Shown here one piece after another: positions 26,036 through 35,339 of a stretch of DNA of 64,000 nt. The DNA lies in NCBI GenBank assembly GCA_965228735.1, contig OZ245838.1, positions 1,024,001-1,088,000 of the forward strand, written 5' to 3'. Numbering within the stretch: position 1 is the first letter of the stretch; every line of letters begins with the position of its first letter. The DNA is from Planctomycetota bacterium (GTDB lineage Bacteria; Planctomycetota; UBA1135; UBA2386). The position numbers and the translations under genes were made by a program. A model generated the notes under the pieces. It was not told the origin of the DNA, searched no databases, and saw only the letters and a list, made by a program, of their open reading frames with translations.

Positions 26036-28561
26036 ATGACCGACCACTCGCATCCTGCCCTGCGCCGCCCGTGGCTCACGATCGCGCTGCTCGCCGGCGC
26101 GCTGCTCGCGTTCCAGGTGCTGCTCACGCGCGTCTGCGCGCTGCGGCTGCACTTTCATTTCGGCTTCCTGATCATCAGCAACAGCCTGCTCGGGATCGGC
26201 GCGTCCGGCTCGCTGCTCGCGTTGCTCGATCGCGTCTGGCGAAGGAACCCGCAGCTGTGGATCGCGATCTTCTCCGCGCTCTTCGTGGTCAGCCTGCCGC
26301 TGTCGTGGGCCTATCTGCTCACGGCAAAGATCCCCGAACAGCTGAAGTTCGTGGTCGACGAGCAGGTGATGTGGGCGGACATCGGCAAGTTCTCGCTCTT
26401 CAACCTCGTCTGCGCGGTGCCGTTCTTCTTCGGCGGCACGGCGATCGGTCTGCTGCTGTCGGCCCACGCCAAACGCGTGCACTCGGTCTACGCCGCGGAC
26501 CTGCTCGGCGCGGCCGTCGGTTGCCTGCTGTGCCCGATCCTGCTCTGGCCCGTCGGCGCCGGCGGGTGCTTCGCGGTGACGGTGGCGCTCGCGTGCATTG
26601 CCACGATCACGTCGCTGCCTGCCGGCGGCCGCAAGCTGCTGCGGCCGGTGTTCGCGGTGCTCGCGCTCGGCTGCCTCGCGGTCGCGCCGTGGACCGACGA
26701 CTGGTTCCCGGTGCCCGGCAAGCGTTACCTCGACCTCACGGCGAAGCACGCCGTCGAACAGTACGGTCGCTCGCTCTACTCGCAGTGGTCCGTCAATTCG
26801 CGGGTCGACGTGCTGCGCATGCCCGGGGGTGTGAACTACCTGCAGTCGCGCGGGCAGAAGGCGCTCGCGATGCCGCTGCCGCGCCAGTGGTGGATCGCGC
26901 AGGACGGCGATGCCGGCACGTTCCTCACCGACTTCGGGTCCGAACCCGACAAGCGTGAGGTCCTGAAGTGGACGACCTACTCCGCGTCGTTCCACCTCAA
27001 GCAGGGGACCGAGCCCAAGGTGTGCATCATCGGCGTCGGCGGGGCGCCCGACCTCTGGGCCGCAAAGGTCCACGACCCGAGCCTGATCCGCGGGATCGAG
27101 CTCAACCAGTCGATCATCGACATCCACTCCGGCGTCGCGGCCGAGTTCTCGAAAGAGCTGCTCGACGACCCGCGCGTCGAGATCATCTGTGGCGAGGGCC
27201 GGTCGACGCTCATGCGCGACTCGGAGCGCTACGACATCATCCAGCTCACGGGCATCGACACGTGGACCGCGCTGACGTCCGGCGCCTACGTCCTCGCGGA
27301 GAACTACCTCTACACCGTCGAGGCGTGCCGCACGATGTACGACCGGCTCGCCGACGGCGGCGTGCTGCAGATCGCGCGCATGGCGGCCGACATGGAGACC
27401 ATCCGGCTGCTGCAGAACATGCACGCCGCATTGCCCGAGGCCGCGCGCGAACGGTTCCTCGACTCCGTGATCGTGCTGTCGACGCTCGACGGCCTGCGCA
27501 CGGTGATGCTCAAGAAGGGCGTGTTCGAAGCCACCGAGGTGCAAAAGGTCGACAGCTGGGCGGAAGAGTCCGGCATCCAGCGCGTGCACGTCCCGGGCGG
27601 CACGTTCGACAACGGGGTCACGGAGTACCTGAAGACCCCCGACAAGGCCGCGTTCACGCGGCAGTACGAGTACGACATCCGGCCGACGACCGACGACTGG
27701 CCCTACTTCTTCAGCTTCCTGCGCTGGGACAAGCCGGAGAAGGCGGCGGAGAGCCTGCGCAAGCACGAGCCGACCTGGGTCGTGCAGGGCAACCCACTGT
27801 TCCTCTGGATCCAGCTCGCCCTCAGTGCCGCGGCAGCGCTCGTGCTCATCGTGCTGCCGCTCCTGTTCCGCGTCGGTTCGACCAACCGGTCGCGCGACGG
27901 CGCGCTGCCGTTCCTCGCGTTCTTCGCGGTGCTCGGGCTCGGGTTCATCGGCATCGAGATCGCGTTGATCCAGAAGTTCACGCTGCTGCTCGGGCAGCCG
28001 CTCTACTCGATCGTCGTGACGCTGTTCTCGATCCTCGTGTTCACGGGCATCGGCAGCTACCTCTGCGGCAAGCTCCTGAAGCCGGGCTCGATCCTCGCGT
28101 GGTTCGTCCCGGTCGTGATCCTCGGGTGGATGATCTACGTCGCGCTCAGCAGCGAGGAGATCGTCGCCAACGCGATCGGGCTGCCGCTGTGGCAACGCGC
28201 GCTGATCGTCGCGGGGCTGATCGCGCCGGCCGGGCTCGGACTCGGCATGCCGTTCGCCTACGGCATCTCGATCGTCGAACGCATCAACAGCTCGTTCGTC
28301 CCGTGGGCCTGGGCCGTGAACGGGACGCTGACAGTCATCGGCTCGATCTTCACGGTCATCGTCTCGATGCAGGTCGGGTTCGCCGCGGTGCTCATCGGTT
28401 CGGCGTCGCTCTACGTGCTCGGCTTCGCCGCGATCCACGGCGTTGGCCGGCGCGCGGCCGCACTTGCCACGGACGCGGAGGTGGCCGACGACGATGAGCC
28501 GGGCGAGGAAGTCCTCGACGAGGACAGGGGCGAGGACGAGCCGCTCGGCGCCGGCGCCTGA
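26036..28561 (+). CDS. membrane-bound spermidine-synthase-like SAM-fold protein
   Basis: N-terminal TMs with VYAADLLGAAVG, central VCIIGVGG...GIELN...EGRS...YDII, PTTDDWPYFF, C-terminal TMs with PWAWAVNG. Confidence 0.8.
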   Translation: MTDHSHPALRRPWLTIALLAGALLAFQVLLTRVCALRLHFHFGFLIISNSLLGIGASGSLLALLDRVWRRNPQLWIAIFSALFVVSLPLSWAYLLTAKIPEQLKFVVDEQVMWADIGKFSLFNLVCAVPFFFGGTAIGLLLSAHAKRVHSVYAADLLGAAVGCLLCPILLWPVGAGGCFAVTVALACIATITSLPAGGRKLLRPVFAVLALGCLAVAPWTDDWFPVPGKRYLDLTAKHAVEQYGRSLYSQWSVNSRVDVLRMPGGVNYLQSRGQKALAMPLPRQWWIAQDGDAGTFLTDFGSEPDKREVLKWTTYSASFHLKQGTEPKVCIIGVGGAPDLWAAKVHDPSLIRGIELNQSIIDIHSGVAAEFSKELLDDPRVEIICGEGRSTLMRDSERYDIIQLTGIDTWTALTSGAYVLAENYLYTVEACRTMYDRLADGGVLQIARMAADMETIRLLQNMHAALPEAARERFLDSVIVLSTLDGLRTVMLKKGVFEATEVQKVDSWAEESGIQRVHVPGGTFDNGVTEYLKTPDKAAFTRQYEYDIRPTTDDWPYFFSFLRWDKPEKAAESLRKHEPTWVVQGNPLFLWIQLALSAAAALVLIVLPLLFRVGSTNRSRDGALPFLAFFAVLGLGFIGIEIALIQKFTLLLGQPLYSIVVTLFSILVFTGIGSYLCGKLLKPGSILAWFVPVVILGWMIYVALSSEEIVANAIGLPLWQRALIVAGLIAPAGLGLGMPFAYGISIVERINSSFVPWAWAVNGTLTVIGSIFTVIVSMQVGFAAVLIGSASLYVLGFAAIHGVGRRAAALATDAEVADDDEPGEEVLDEDRGEDEPLGAGA

Positions 28562-28585
28562 GCGCCCCCGGGCGCAGGGCGCGCG

Positions 28586-29497
28586 TCAGTCCGCAGTCTC
28601 GCTGCGTTCGCGACCCTGCGGGTGCGCCTTGTCGTAGACATCGCGCAATCGACCGACGGACACGTGCGTGTAGATCTCGGTCGTCACGAGCCGCGCGTGA
28701 CCGAGCAGTTCCTGCACCGTTCGCAGGTCGGCGCCGCGATCAAGCAGGTGCGTGGCGAACGAATGCCGGAGGCCGTGCGGCGTCAGGGGCGTGCCGATGC
28801 CGGCCCGCCGCGCGCGCTTTCGGACCGTCTCGAAGATCCAGCGCGCGCTGAGGCCCGTGCCGGTGCGGTTGAGCCACAGTGAGCCCGAGTCCGTCCGACG
28901 TGCATCGCGCAGCAGTTGCTTCCTCGCGGGCAGCCACGCCGTGATCGCCGCCGTCGCCGGGCCGCCGAGCAGACAGATGCGTTCCTTCCGGCCCTTGCCG
29001 AGCACCCGCACGACACCCTCGTCGAGGTCGAGATCGCCGAGCTGCATGCCGGCGCACTCGCTCACGCGGCAGCCCGAGGAATACAGCGTCTCGAGGATCG
29101 CGTGGTCGCGCCGGCCCTGCGGGCTGTCGTCGAACTCCTGGCCGAGCAGCGCGTCGACCTCGGCGCCCGTGAGGAACTTGGGCACCCGGCGCGGCGCCTT
29201 CGGTCCCTTCAGCAGCTTGGCCGGGTTCTTCTCGATGCGGCCGTCCTGCTGGGCCCACGCGAACAGCCCGCGCACGCTCGCGAGCTTGCGCTGCACGGAC
29301 GTGGGCTTGAGGCCCTGCTCCTCGAGCTCGACGAGGTAGCGGCGCAGCACGAAGCGGGACGCGTCGAGCGGCTCGCACTGTTGCGAGCGGGTCCACGCCG
29401 CGAAGTCACGGAGATCGCCGCGATAGGCCTTGAGCGTCGCGGGGCTCTTCTGCCGCGTGTTCGTCAGCCAATGCAGGTAGTCCTCGACGGCCGCCAT
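28586..29497 (-). CDS. xerC: tyrosine recombinase XerC/XerD
   Basis: LYSSGCRVSE, GKGRKER, TPHGLRHSFATHLL.RGADLR.VQELLGH, TTEIYTH. Confidence 0.85.
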   Translation of the reverse strand: MAAVEDYLHWLTNTRQKSPATLKAYRGDLRDFAAWTRSQQCEPLDASRFVLRRYLVELEEQGLKPTSVQRKLASVRGLFAWAQQDGRIEKNPAKLLKGPKAPRRVPKFLTGAEVDALLGQEFDDSPQGRRDHAILETLYSSGCRVSECAGMQLGDLDLDEGVVRVLGKGRKERICLLGGPATAAITAWLPARKQLLRDARRTDSGSLWLNRTGTGLSARWIFETVRKRARRAGIGTPLTPHGLRHSFATHLLDRGADLRTVQELLGHARLVTTEIYTHVSVGRLRDVYDKAHPQGRERSETAD

Positions 29498-29564
29498 CCC
29501 GGATCGAGGGTAGTGGATGCGGCGGGTGCGTCCCACTACCGTTCGCGGCCCCGATGGCCACCCG

Positions 29565-30470
29565 ATGCACTACGTAGGCGAACTCTGCGCGCTCGGAACG
29601 GCGTTGAGCTGGGCCCTCAGCGGCATCTTCTTCGGCAGCGCGGCTCGCCGGGTCGGTGGCTTCGCGACGAACCACTTCCGCATCTGGGCGGCGTTGCTCC
29701 TGCTCGGGCTCGTGGTGCTGCTGACCGAGGGCCGGTTCTGGCCGGCCGACCTGACCGACAACGCCGCATGGTTGCTGCTGTTGTCCGGGGTGGTGGGGCT
29801 CGTGATCGGCGACATCGGATACTTCCACGCGCTCGCGACGATCGGCCCGCGCCTCGCGGCCGTGCTCATGGCGACCTGGCCGCTCATGGCGCTGGCGCTC
29901 GGGCCGGTCATCGGGGAGCCGTTCCAGGCGGCAACTCTGCCGGGCATCCTGCTGACCGTCGTCGGCGTCGTGCTCGTGCTGTGGCGCGGCAAGGAGAGCT
30001 CGGGTTGGAACGCAAACGTCACGGCGCGGCAACGGTGGTCCGGCATCGCCGGCGGCTTCCTCGCGGCCTTCGGCCAGGCCGGCGGGGTGATCCTGGCGCG
30101 AATGGCGTTCGCGGACGCCGAGATCCCGTCGCACAGCGCGACGCTCGTGCGTCTGCTCGCGGCGGTGCCCGCGTTGCAGATCATGGCGATCGTCTACCGG
30201 CAGCCGTTCGCCGGCACCGCCGTGACCCGTGATCGCCGCGCGCTCGTCGGCGCGCTGCTCGGCACGGTTGTCGGTCCCGTGGTCGGGGTGTGGATGTCGA
30301 TGGTGGCGACGCAATGGAGCGCGAACGTCGGCGTCGCGTCCGCCCTGATGGCGACAGCGCCGCTGTTCATGGTCCCGCTCGCGCGGATCGCCTACGGCTC
30401 GCGCCCGGGCGTGCTCGGCTGGATCGGCACGTGCCTCACGGTTGCCGGCGCGATGTGGCTGCTGCTGTGA
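29565..30470 (+). CDS. DMT/EamA-family transporter
   Basis: About 10 TM segments in two repeats; GLVIGDIGYF.AL..IGP. Confidence 0.85.
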   Translation: MHYVGELCALGTALSWALSGIFFGSAARRVGGFATNHFRIWAALLLLGLVVLLTEGRFWPADLTDNAAWLLLLSGVVGLVIGDIGYFHALATIGPRLAAVLMATWPLMALALGPVIGEPFQAATLPGILLTVVGVVLVLWRGKESSGWNANVTARQRWSGIAGGFLAAFGQAGGVILARMAFADAEIPSHSATLVRLLAAVPALQIMAIVYRQPFAGTAVTRDRRALVGALLGTVVGPVVGVWMSMVATQWSANVGVASALMATAPLFMVPLARIAYGSRPGVLGWIGTCLTVAGAMWLLL

Positions 30471-30477
30471 GGGCCGA

Positions 30478-33063
30478 TCAGTTGCCGATCCGCAGGTTCA
30501 GGGCGTTGGACGACGTCATGCCGAAGCCGTTGGCCTGCAGGTCCCCTGCGAACAGCTGGGCGTAGAATCGCGTGCCGAGCAGCGCCGTGAACGGGCCGAT
30601 CGGCAGGTCGAGATCGCACTCACCCTGGGCGTCCGAGTAGCCGTCCCGGATGACGTCAGGTCGGACGAGCAGCATGCAGCCCGGGGCCTGGAAGGGCGCG
30701 AGATCCGCGGGCAGCGCGTTGCCGAACCACGACGTGTTGTTCCAGCCCTGCAGCAGCCAGACGGGTCGCTCGGGCACGAGGTTCGTGCCCGTGAACGTGA
30801 TGGTCTCGCCGATGCGCGGGGCCGTCGACGACAGCGCCGGCGTGCCGTTGGTTCCCACACAGCCCGCGCCGAACGGCTGTCCGTCGGGTTCGGTGATGGT
30901 CGTCGTCCACATGCCGCGGCCGTGGGTGCCGACGAGCAGCGTCTCCGTGCCGCGCACGAACGTCACGGACTCGCAGCTCACGTCGGCAGGCCCAGCGTTG
31001 GTGGTCGACCAGGACGCGCCGTGGTCCGAGGTGCCGTAGATGCCGAGCTCCGTCGCGGCATAGTAGCGGCCGTCCAGGGTCGGGTGCTGCGCCAGGTCGT
31101 AGACCGGCGCGGCCGGGACACGGGTGGGCCAGGTGCCGGTCGCATCGCTCCACGAAGCGCCGGTGTTCGTCGTGCGCCGGATGTTGCCGGCGAAGAAGCC
31201 GCCGAGCCCGACCATGACCCGGCTCACGCTGACGCGATCGACGAGAATCGAGGTGATCATGCGATCGGGGAACGGATCGAGCGCGCCGTTGTCGTCTACC
31301 GTGATCCAGGACGGGGTGCCGGCCGTGGCGTTCCCAGTACGGTAGACCCGGCCGTCGTTGTAGCCGATCCAGACGGTGTTGGTGCTGTTCGGCGAGATCC
31401 CGATCGCGCTGATCCTGGAGCCGATCGGGCCGCGAATCGCGGTCCACGTCGGCGACGCCGAGCGCGCGTTCGAACAGCGCCAGAGCGAGCACCCGCCGGC
31501 GAACAGGTAATTGGTGTTGATCGCCGAGAGCTCGAGCGGTGCGACGAAGTTGGCGCACTGGGTCGCGTGATCGAGCAGGGTGGTCGCGATGAAGTTCACG
31601 CTCTGGGCGCCGTTCCAGGTTTGATGCACGCCGAGATGCGGCGTCGCGCCCCAGAACAGGTTCTCGTCGGTCGGGTCGATGAGCGAGATCGTGCCGTGTC
31701 CGCCGTAGATGCGCTCGGCACCCATGCCGCTGGTGGAGTCGATCAGGTGGCTGCCCGTGTCCTGGGCGCCGCCGACGAGCCGGCCGAGGACGTGGCCGTC
31801 GACGCCGTAGTATTGCGTCACGCGGTAGCCGTCGTTGCGGGCGGTCCAGTCGTGATTCGAGGGGATGTTGATGACTGCGTTGGCATACCACAGCCCCTCG
31901 GCCGTGGCGGTCCAGAGCCGCCCGTTGCTCGCGAAGTTGGTGTCCTCGGCGAACGCATGGAAGTGGTCCTGGGGATGGTCCGGATCGTTGCGGCCATCGG
32001 TGAGGCGGAAGAAGGCCTGGCCACCGTTCGGGCTGCGATACAGGTCGCGGTTGCCGATCAGGAGATAGTTGGCGTTCGTCGGATGGGCCCAGATCACGTT
32101 CGAGCGATGCCAGTCCGATCCCGGGATCGGATTGCTCGAATGCGACGACCAGCTCTGCCCGCCGTTCGTGCTGCGCCAGCAGTGGCCGCCGCCGAGGCTC
32201 GCGAACATCAACTGATTCACCGATGCGGAGTAGGCGAGCTCGATGCGTTGCCCCGCGGGATAGCCGGGCGTTGCGTCGGTCCAGGTGACTCCGGCATCGG
32301 TCGTCCGCATGATGCCGTAGGTCGTGGGGTCGGACGTGCGCCAGACCGCGGTCAGTCGCAGCGGATGGTTGGGATCGAGCAGGACCTGGTAGCAGTCGCG
32401 GTGGTCGCGCGCGGTCCAGGTCTGGCCGCCGTCATCGGAGAGCCGCAGGCCCGTCGCCGTCGCGGCGAGGACCCAATCGGTGTTCGTCGGAATGATCGCG
32501 AGCCGGTTGACGGCGCCGAAGTGCTCCGTGCCCGGCAGCTGCGTCCAGGTCGCGCCGGCGTCGTCCGTGCGGAAGATGCCGTCCCCGCGGATCGCGCCGT
32601 GGTTGCCGTAGCCCTCGCCGGTGCCGACGTAGATGACGTCGGGATCGACCGGATCCATCGCCATGCTCGCGACGGCGAGGTTGCCCATGAATTCCGCGAG
32701 CGGATACCACGTGGCACCGCTGTTGTCGGAACGCCAGACGCCGCCGCCGACCGAGCCGGCATAGATCCGGCCGGTGATCGTCGGGTGAACGAGGAGCGCC
32801 CGCGTGCGACCGCCCATGTTGTCCGCGCCGCGCTCGGTCCAGCTGTAGTTTCCGATGCCGCCGCCGAAGTCCTCGTTGTCCCAGTGGTCGAGGTTGGCGG
32901 CGCGTTCGGCCCGCGCGCGGCGCATGGCGGCCGGCGCGATCTGGCCGTTCGCGTCGACCATGCGCTGGCGACGGAACTCGATTGCGGGATCTTGCGGGGC
33001 CGCCGACAAGGTCGGGGCCGCGGCCGCGAGCAGAAGAGCGGAGATGAAGATGCGTCGTGTCAT
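30478..33063 (-). CDS. secreted BNR/Asp-box (VPS10/GH74-like) beta-propeller protein with C-terminal two-Cys module
   Basis: Multiple Asp boxes (SDNSGATW, TDDAGATW, SDDGGQTW, STNGGQSW, SDHGASW), GTHGRGMW, signal peptide. Confidence 0.8.
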   Translation of the reverse strand: MTRRIFISALLLAAAAPTLSAAPQDPAIEFRRQRMVDANGQIAPAAMRRARAERAANLDHWDNEDFGGGIGNYSWTERGADNMGGRTRALLVHPTITGRIYAGSVGGGVWRSDNSGATWYPLAEFMGNLAVASMAMDPVDPDVIYVGTGEGYGNHGAIRGDGIFRTDDAGATWTQLPGTEHFGAVNRLAIIPTNTDWVLAATATGLRLSDDGGQTWTARDHRDCYQVLLDPNHPLRLTAVWRTSDPTTYGIMRTTDAGVTWTDATPGYPAGQRIELAYSASVNQLMFASLGGGHCWRSTNGGQSWSSHSSNPIPGSDWHRSNVIWAHPTNANYLLIGNRDLYRSPNGGQAFFRLTDGRNDPDHPQDHFHAFAEDTNFASNGRLWTATAEGLWYANAVINIPSNHDWTARNDGYRVTQYYGVDGHVLGRLVGGAQDTGSHLIDSTSGMGAERIYGGHGTISLIDPTDENLFWGATPHLGVHQTWNGAQSVNFIATTLLDHATQCANFVAPLELSAINTNYLFAGGCSLWRCSNARSASPTWTAIRGPIGSRISAIGISPNSTNTVWIGYNDGRVYRTGNATAGTPSWITVDDNGALDPFPDRMITSILVDRVSVSRVMVGLGGFFAGNIRRTTNTGASWSDATGTWPTRVPAAPVYDLAQHPTLDGRYYAATELGIYGTSDHGASWSTTNAGPADVSCESVTFVRGTETLLVGTHGRGMWTTTITEPDGQPFGAGCVGTNGTPALSSTAPRIGETITFTGTNLVPERPVWLLQGWNNTSWFGNALPADLAPFQAPGCMLLVRPDVIRDGYSDAQGECDLDLPIGPFTALLGTRFYAQLFAGDLQANGFGMTSSNALNLRIGN

Positions 33064-33077
33064 CGCGGCGTTCCGTG

Positions 33078-35339
33078 TCAGAACCGGAGCGTGAGACGGA
33101 CCCGTTCGGAGAACGAGATGTTGGCGAATGCAGCGCACGGCGAGGCCGAGGTGTTGAGCAGCACCCATTGCACGTCGAACTCGCTCCCGACGAAGGGCGA
33201 CGTCGAGCAGGGCATGGGCCAGGCGTAACGGGCGGAGGATCCGACCTGCGGGGTGAAGACCGTCGCGAGCGGGGTGATGTACGTGCACGGTCCGCACGAC
33301 TGGGTCGGCCCCGGCAGGGCGAGGAGCAGGATCGGCAAAGTGCCGGACGGGAGCCCGCCTAGGCCGAGGAAGTGATCCTCGTTCCCGGGCGCGAACGGCC
33401 CACCCTGCAGCGGGTTCAGCGCAGTGTTCTCGCCGCACCCCGGGCCCAGCACCCCGGGCGCCTCGCCGGCCAGCGCGGTCATCCGCTGCATGACGATGCT
33501 GCCACTGAACGGCGGCGCATCGTCGGCTTCGGCGAAGACCACCAGCGCGTCGTCTCCGGGAAACCCGGACGAGACCCGGCCGGCGATCGCGGGGGCGAAC
33601 TCGCGATTCCGCAGCACGGTCGTGTTGAGCCCGCCGAGGGTCACGCGCGGGCCGCACGGTGCGCACGAGTGGTCGAACTCGACGGTCTGGACGTCGTAGT
33701 TGAACGAGCCCGTGATGACCTGCCTGGAGAACGCGAGGATGAACTTGTGTTCACAGAACGCGATCGCGGGTTCGCCTTCGTCGATCCCGGGGATGTCAGC
33801 GATCGGCACGGCAGGCGCGACGTTCTGCAACGCGGAACCGTTCCAGCGGATCGGACGCGCATACACGTCGGTCTCCATGTAGCCCACGCCGGACTCGCGC
33901 GCTTCGTAGACGACGACGAAGTCCGTGCCGTCGCCGTCGACGTCGCTGCGCTCGGGCGGTGAGAGCAGAGCGCCGGTCGCGATGGTGAGAGCATTGCCGA
34001 GCAGCGCGCCGTTCGCATCGCAGGCCCGCGCCCGGATCGCCGGACTGGTGATGACGAGGTCGTGATACGTGATCACGGCGACGTCGAGTCCGAACGGCGA
34101 CTTGCTGATCGCCGGCCACTTGGCCGACGCCGTCGTGTCGACCATGGTCGTGCCGGTGACGACGGGCAGCGCGCCGCCGCCCGCGACGTCGACGCGCGCG
34201 AGTCGGACGCCGGCACCCTGCAACGTGTAGACGATCAGCACGTCCTGGCCCGCGCCCAGGGTGTTGCCGGCCGCGTCCGGATCGAGCTCCTCGGCTGCCG
34301 TTCCCGCGACTGTGACCGGGAGCGTGGCGGCCCCGGTCGTCGCGTCGATCGACCGGCAGACGATGTTGCGGTCGTCGAACAGGCTCGGGGCCTCGTGCCA
34401 GGTCACGAGGAAGTCGCGGCCCTGCCGCGTCGCCGCCGCGGACGGCGGGCCGACGTCCGGACTGTTCCCGAGGGAGATGAACGAGCCGACGAGCGTGCCG
34501 TCGCCCTGGACGCGTTGGGCGCGGATCCCCACGAGGAGCGAGGAGAAGCGCCGGCGATAGACCACGAGGTAGGTGTTCTGGAAGCCGCTGTAGGCGACGT
34601 CGGGAGCGCCGTCGTCCCACGCCTGATTCGTCGTCCCGAGCAGCTGCGTGCCGATGAGCGGGTCGAGCACCAGCGGGTAGGCGCAACGGTCCACGAAGCT
34701 CGCCGGCAACCTGAGCTCGAGGACGTCGTCGTCGACGTGCAGAGTTCCGGGCGTCGTGTTGCCCAACGCATCGACACCGGACACGGTGCCGATGCTCACC
34801 CCGCCCACGTCGGGCAGCGTGAGATGCAGACCCGTGTGGTCGACCTGGCGCTCCGGAAGGTTGCTCGCGAGTCGGTAGCGCACGACGAGGTCGCCGTGTC
34901 CTGGCGGCGGCGCGTCGAAACGCCAGCTGAGCTCGAGTCCATGCGGGGTCACGGCGAAGCGTTCCGTCGCGCCCGCCCCCCGGGCGATCTCGACCCGCTC
35001 ACCGATGGCGACTGCAGGAGCGATGCGCGCCGGAGTCGCGGCGCCGGACGCGCGCCCGAACGAGATCGGCTGCAGGTCGAGGTGCTGGGTCGTGGTCGCG
35101 CGTCGACCGAGCGCCGGCACGAACCGCGTTCGGTCCGGACCGATCGCGGCGTGATAGTCCCAGCCGCCGGCCGTGACCGAGTCGCCGGCCTGTTCGATGC
35201 CGATCGCGTCACGCAGATGCTGCGTCGGCGTGTCCGACTGGCCGCGAGCGTGTGCAGCCGGATACGAGGCCGCGAGAAGCAGGAGGAAGTGGCGGAGTTG
35301 CATGGTGCCGTGCCGTTGGATTGGATCGAGCCAGGTCAT
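33078..35339 (-). CDS. secreted beta-repeat protein (paralog B) with C-terminal two-Cys module
   Basis: N-domain ending LELRLPASFVDRCAYPLVLDPLIG; repeats PDVAY...YLVVY; ATGA-coupled to the upstream paralog (alternative start 35303). Confidence 0.7.
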   Translation of the reverse strand: MTWLDPIQRHGTMQLRHFLLLLAASYPAAHARGQSDTPTQHLRDAIGIEQAGDSVTAGGWDYHAAIGPDRTRFVPALGRRATTTQHLDLQPISFGRASGAATPARIAPAVAIGERVEIARGAGATERFAVTPHGLELSWRFDAPPPGHGDLVVRYRLASNLPERQVDHTGLHLTLPDVGGVSIGTVSGVDALGNTTPGTLHVDDDVLELRLPASFVDRCAYPLVLDPLIGTQLLGTTNQAWDDGAPDVAYSGFQNTYLVVYRRRFSSLLVGIRAQRVQGDGTLVGSFISLGNSPDVGPPSAAATRQGRDFLVTWHEAPSLFDDRNIVCRSIDATTGAATLPVTVAGTAAEELDPDAAGNTLGAGQDVLIVYTLQGAGVRLARVDVAGGGALPVVTGTTMVDTTASAKWPAISKSPFGLDVAVITYHDLVITSPAIRARACDANGALLGNALTIATGALLSPPERSDVDGDGTDFVVVYEARESGVGYMETDVYARPIRWNGSALQNVAPAVPIADIPGIDEGEPAIAFCEHKFILAFSRQVITGSFNYDVQTVEFDHSCAPCGPRVTLGGLNTTVLRNREFAPAIAGRVSSGFPGDDALVVFAEADDAPPFSGSIVMQRMTALAGEAPGVLGPGCGENTALNPLQGGPFAPGNEDHFLGLGGLPSGTLPILLLALPGPTQSCGPCTYITPLATVFTPQVGSSARYAWPMPCSTSPFVGSEFDVQWVLLNTSASPCAAFANISFSERVRLTLRF

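Noticed and set aside
28586..29497. Tyrosine recombinase as an integron or prophage integrase
   Set aside because: XerC/D-type size and motifs, no IntI insertion, no attC cassettes or phage genes nearby.
25688..33228. Long ORFs 25688-28438 (-) and 30442-33228 (+)
   Set aside because: Antisense to well-supported genes with shadow-type composition.
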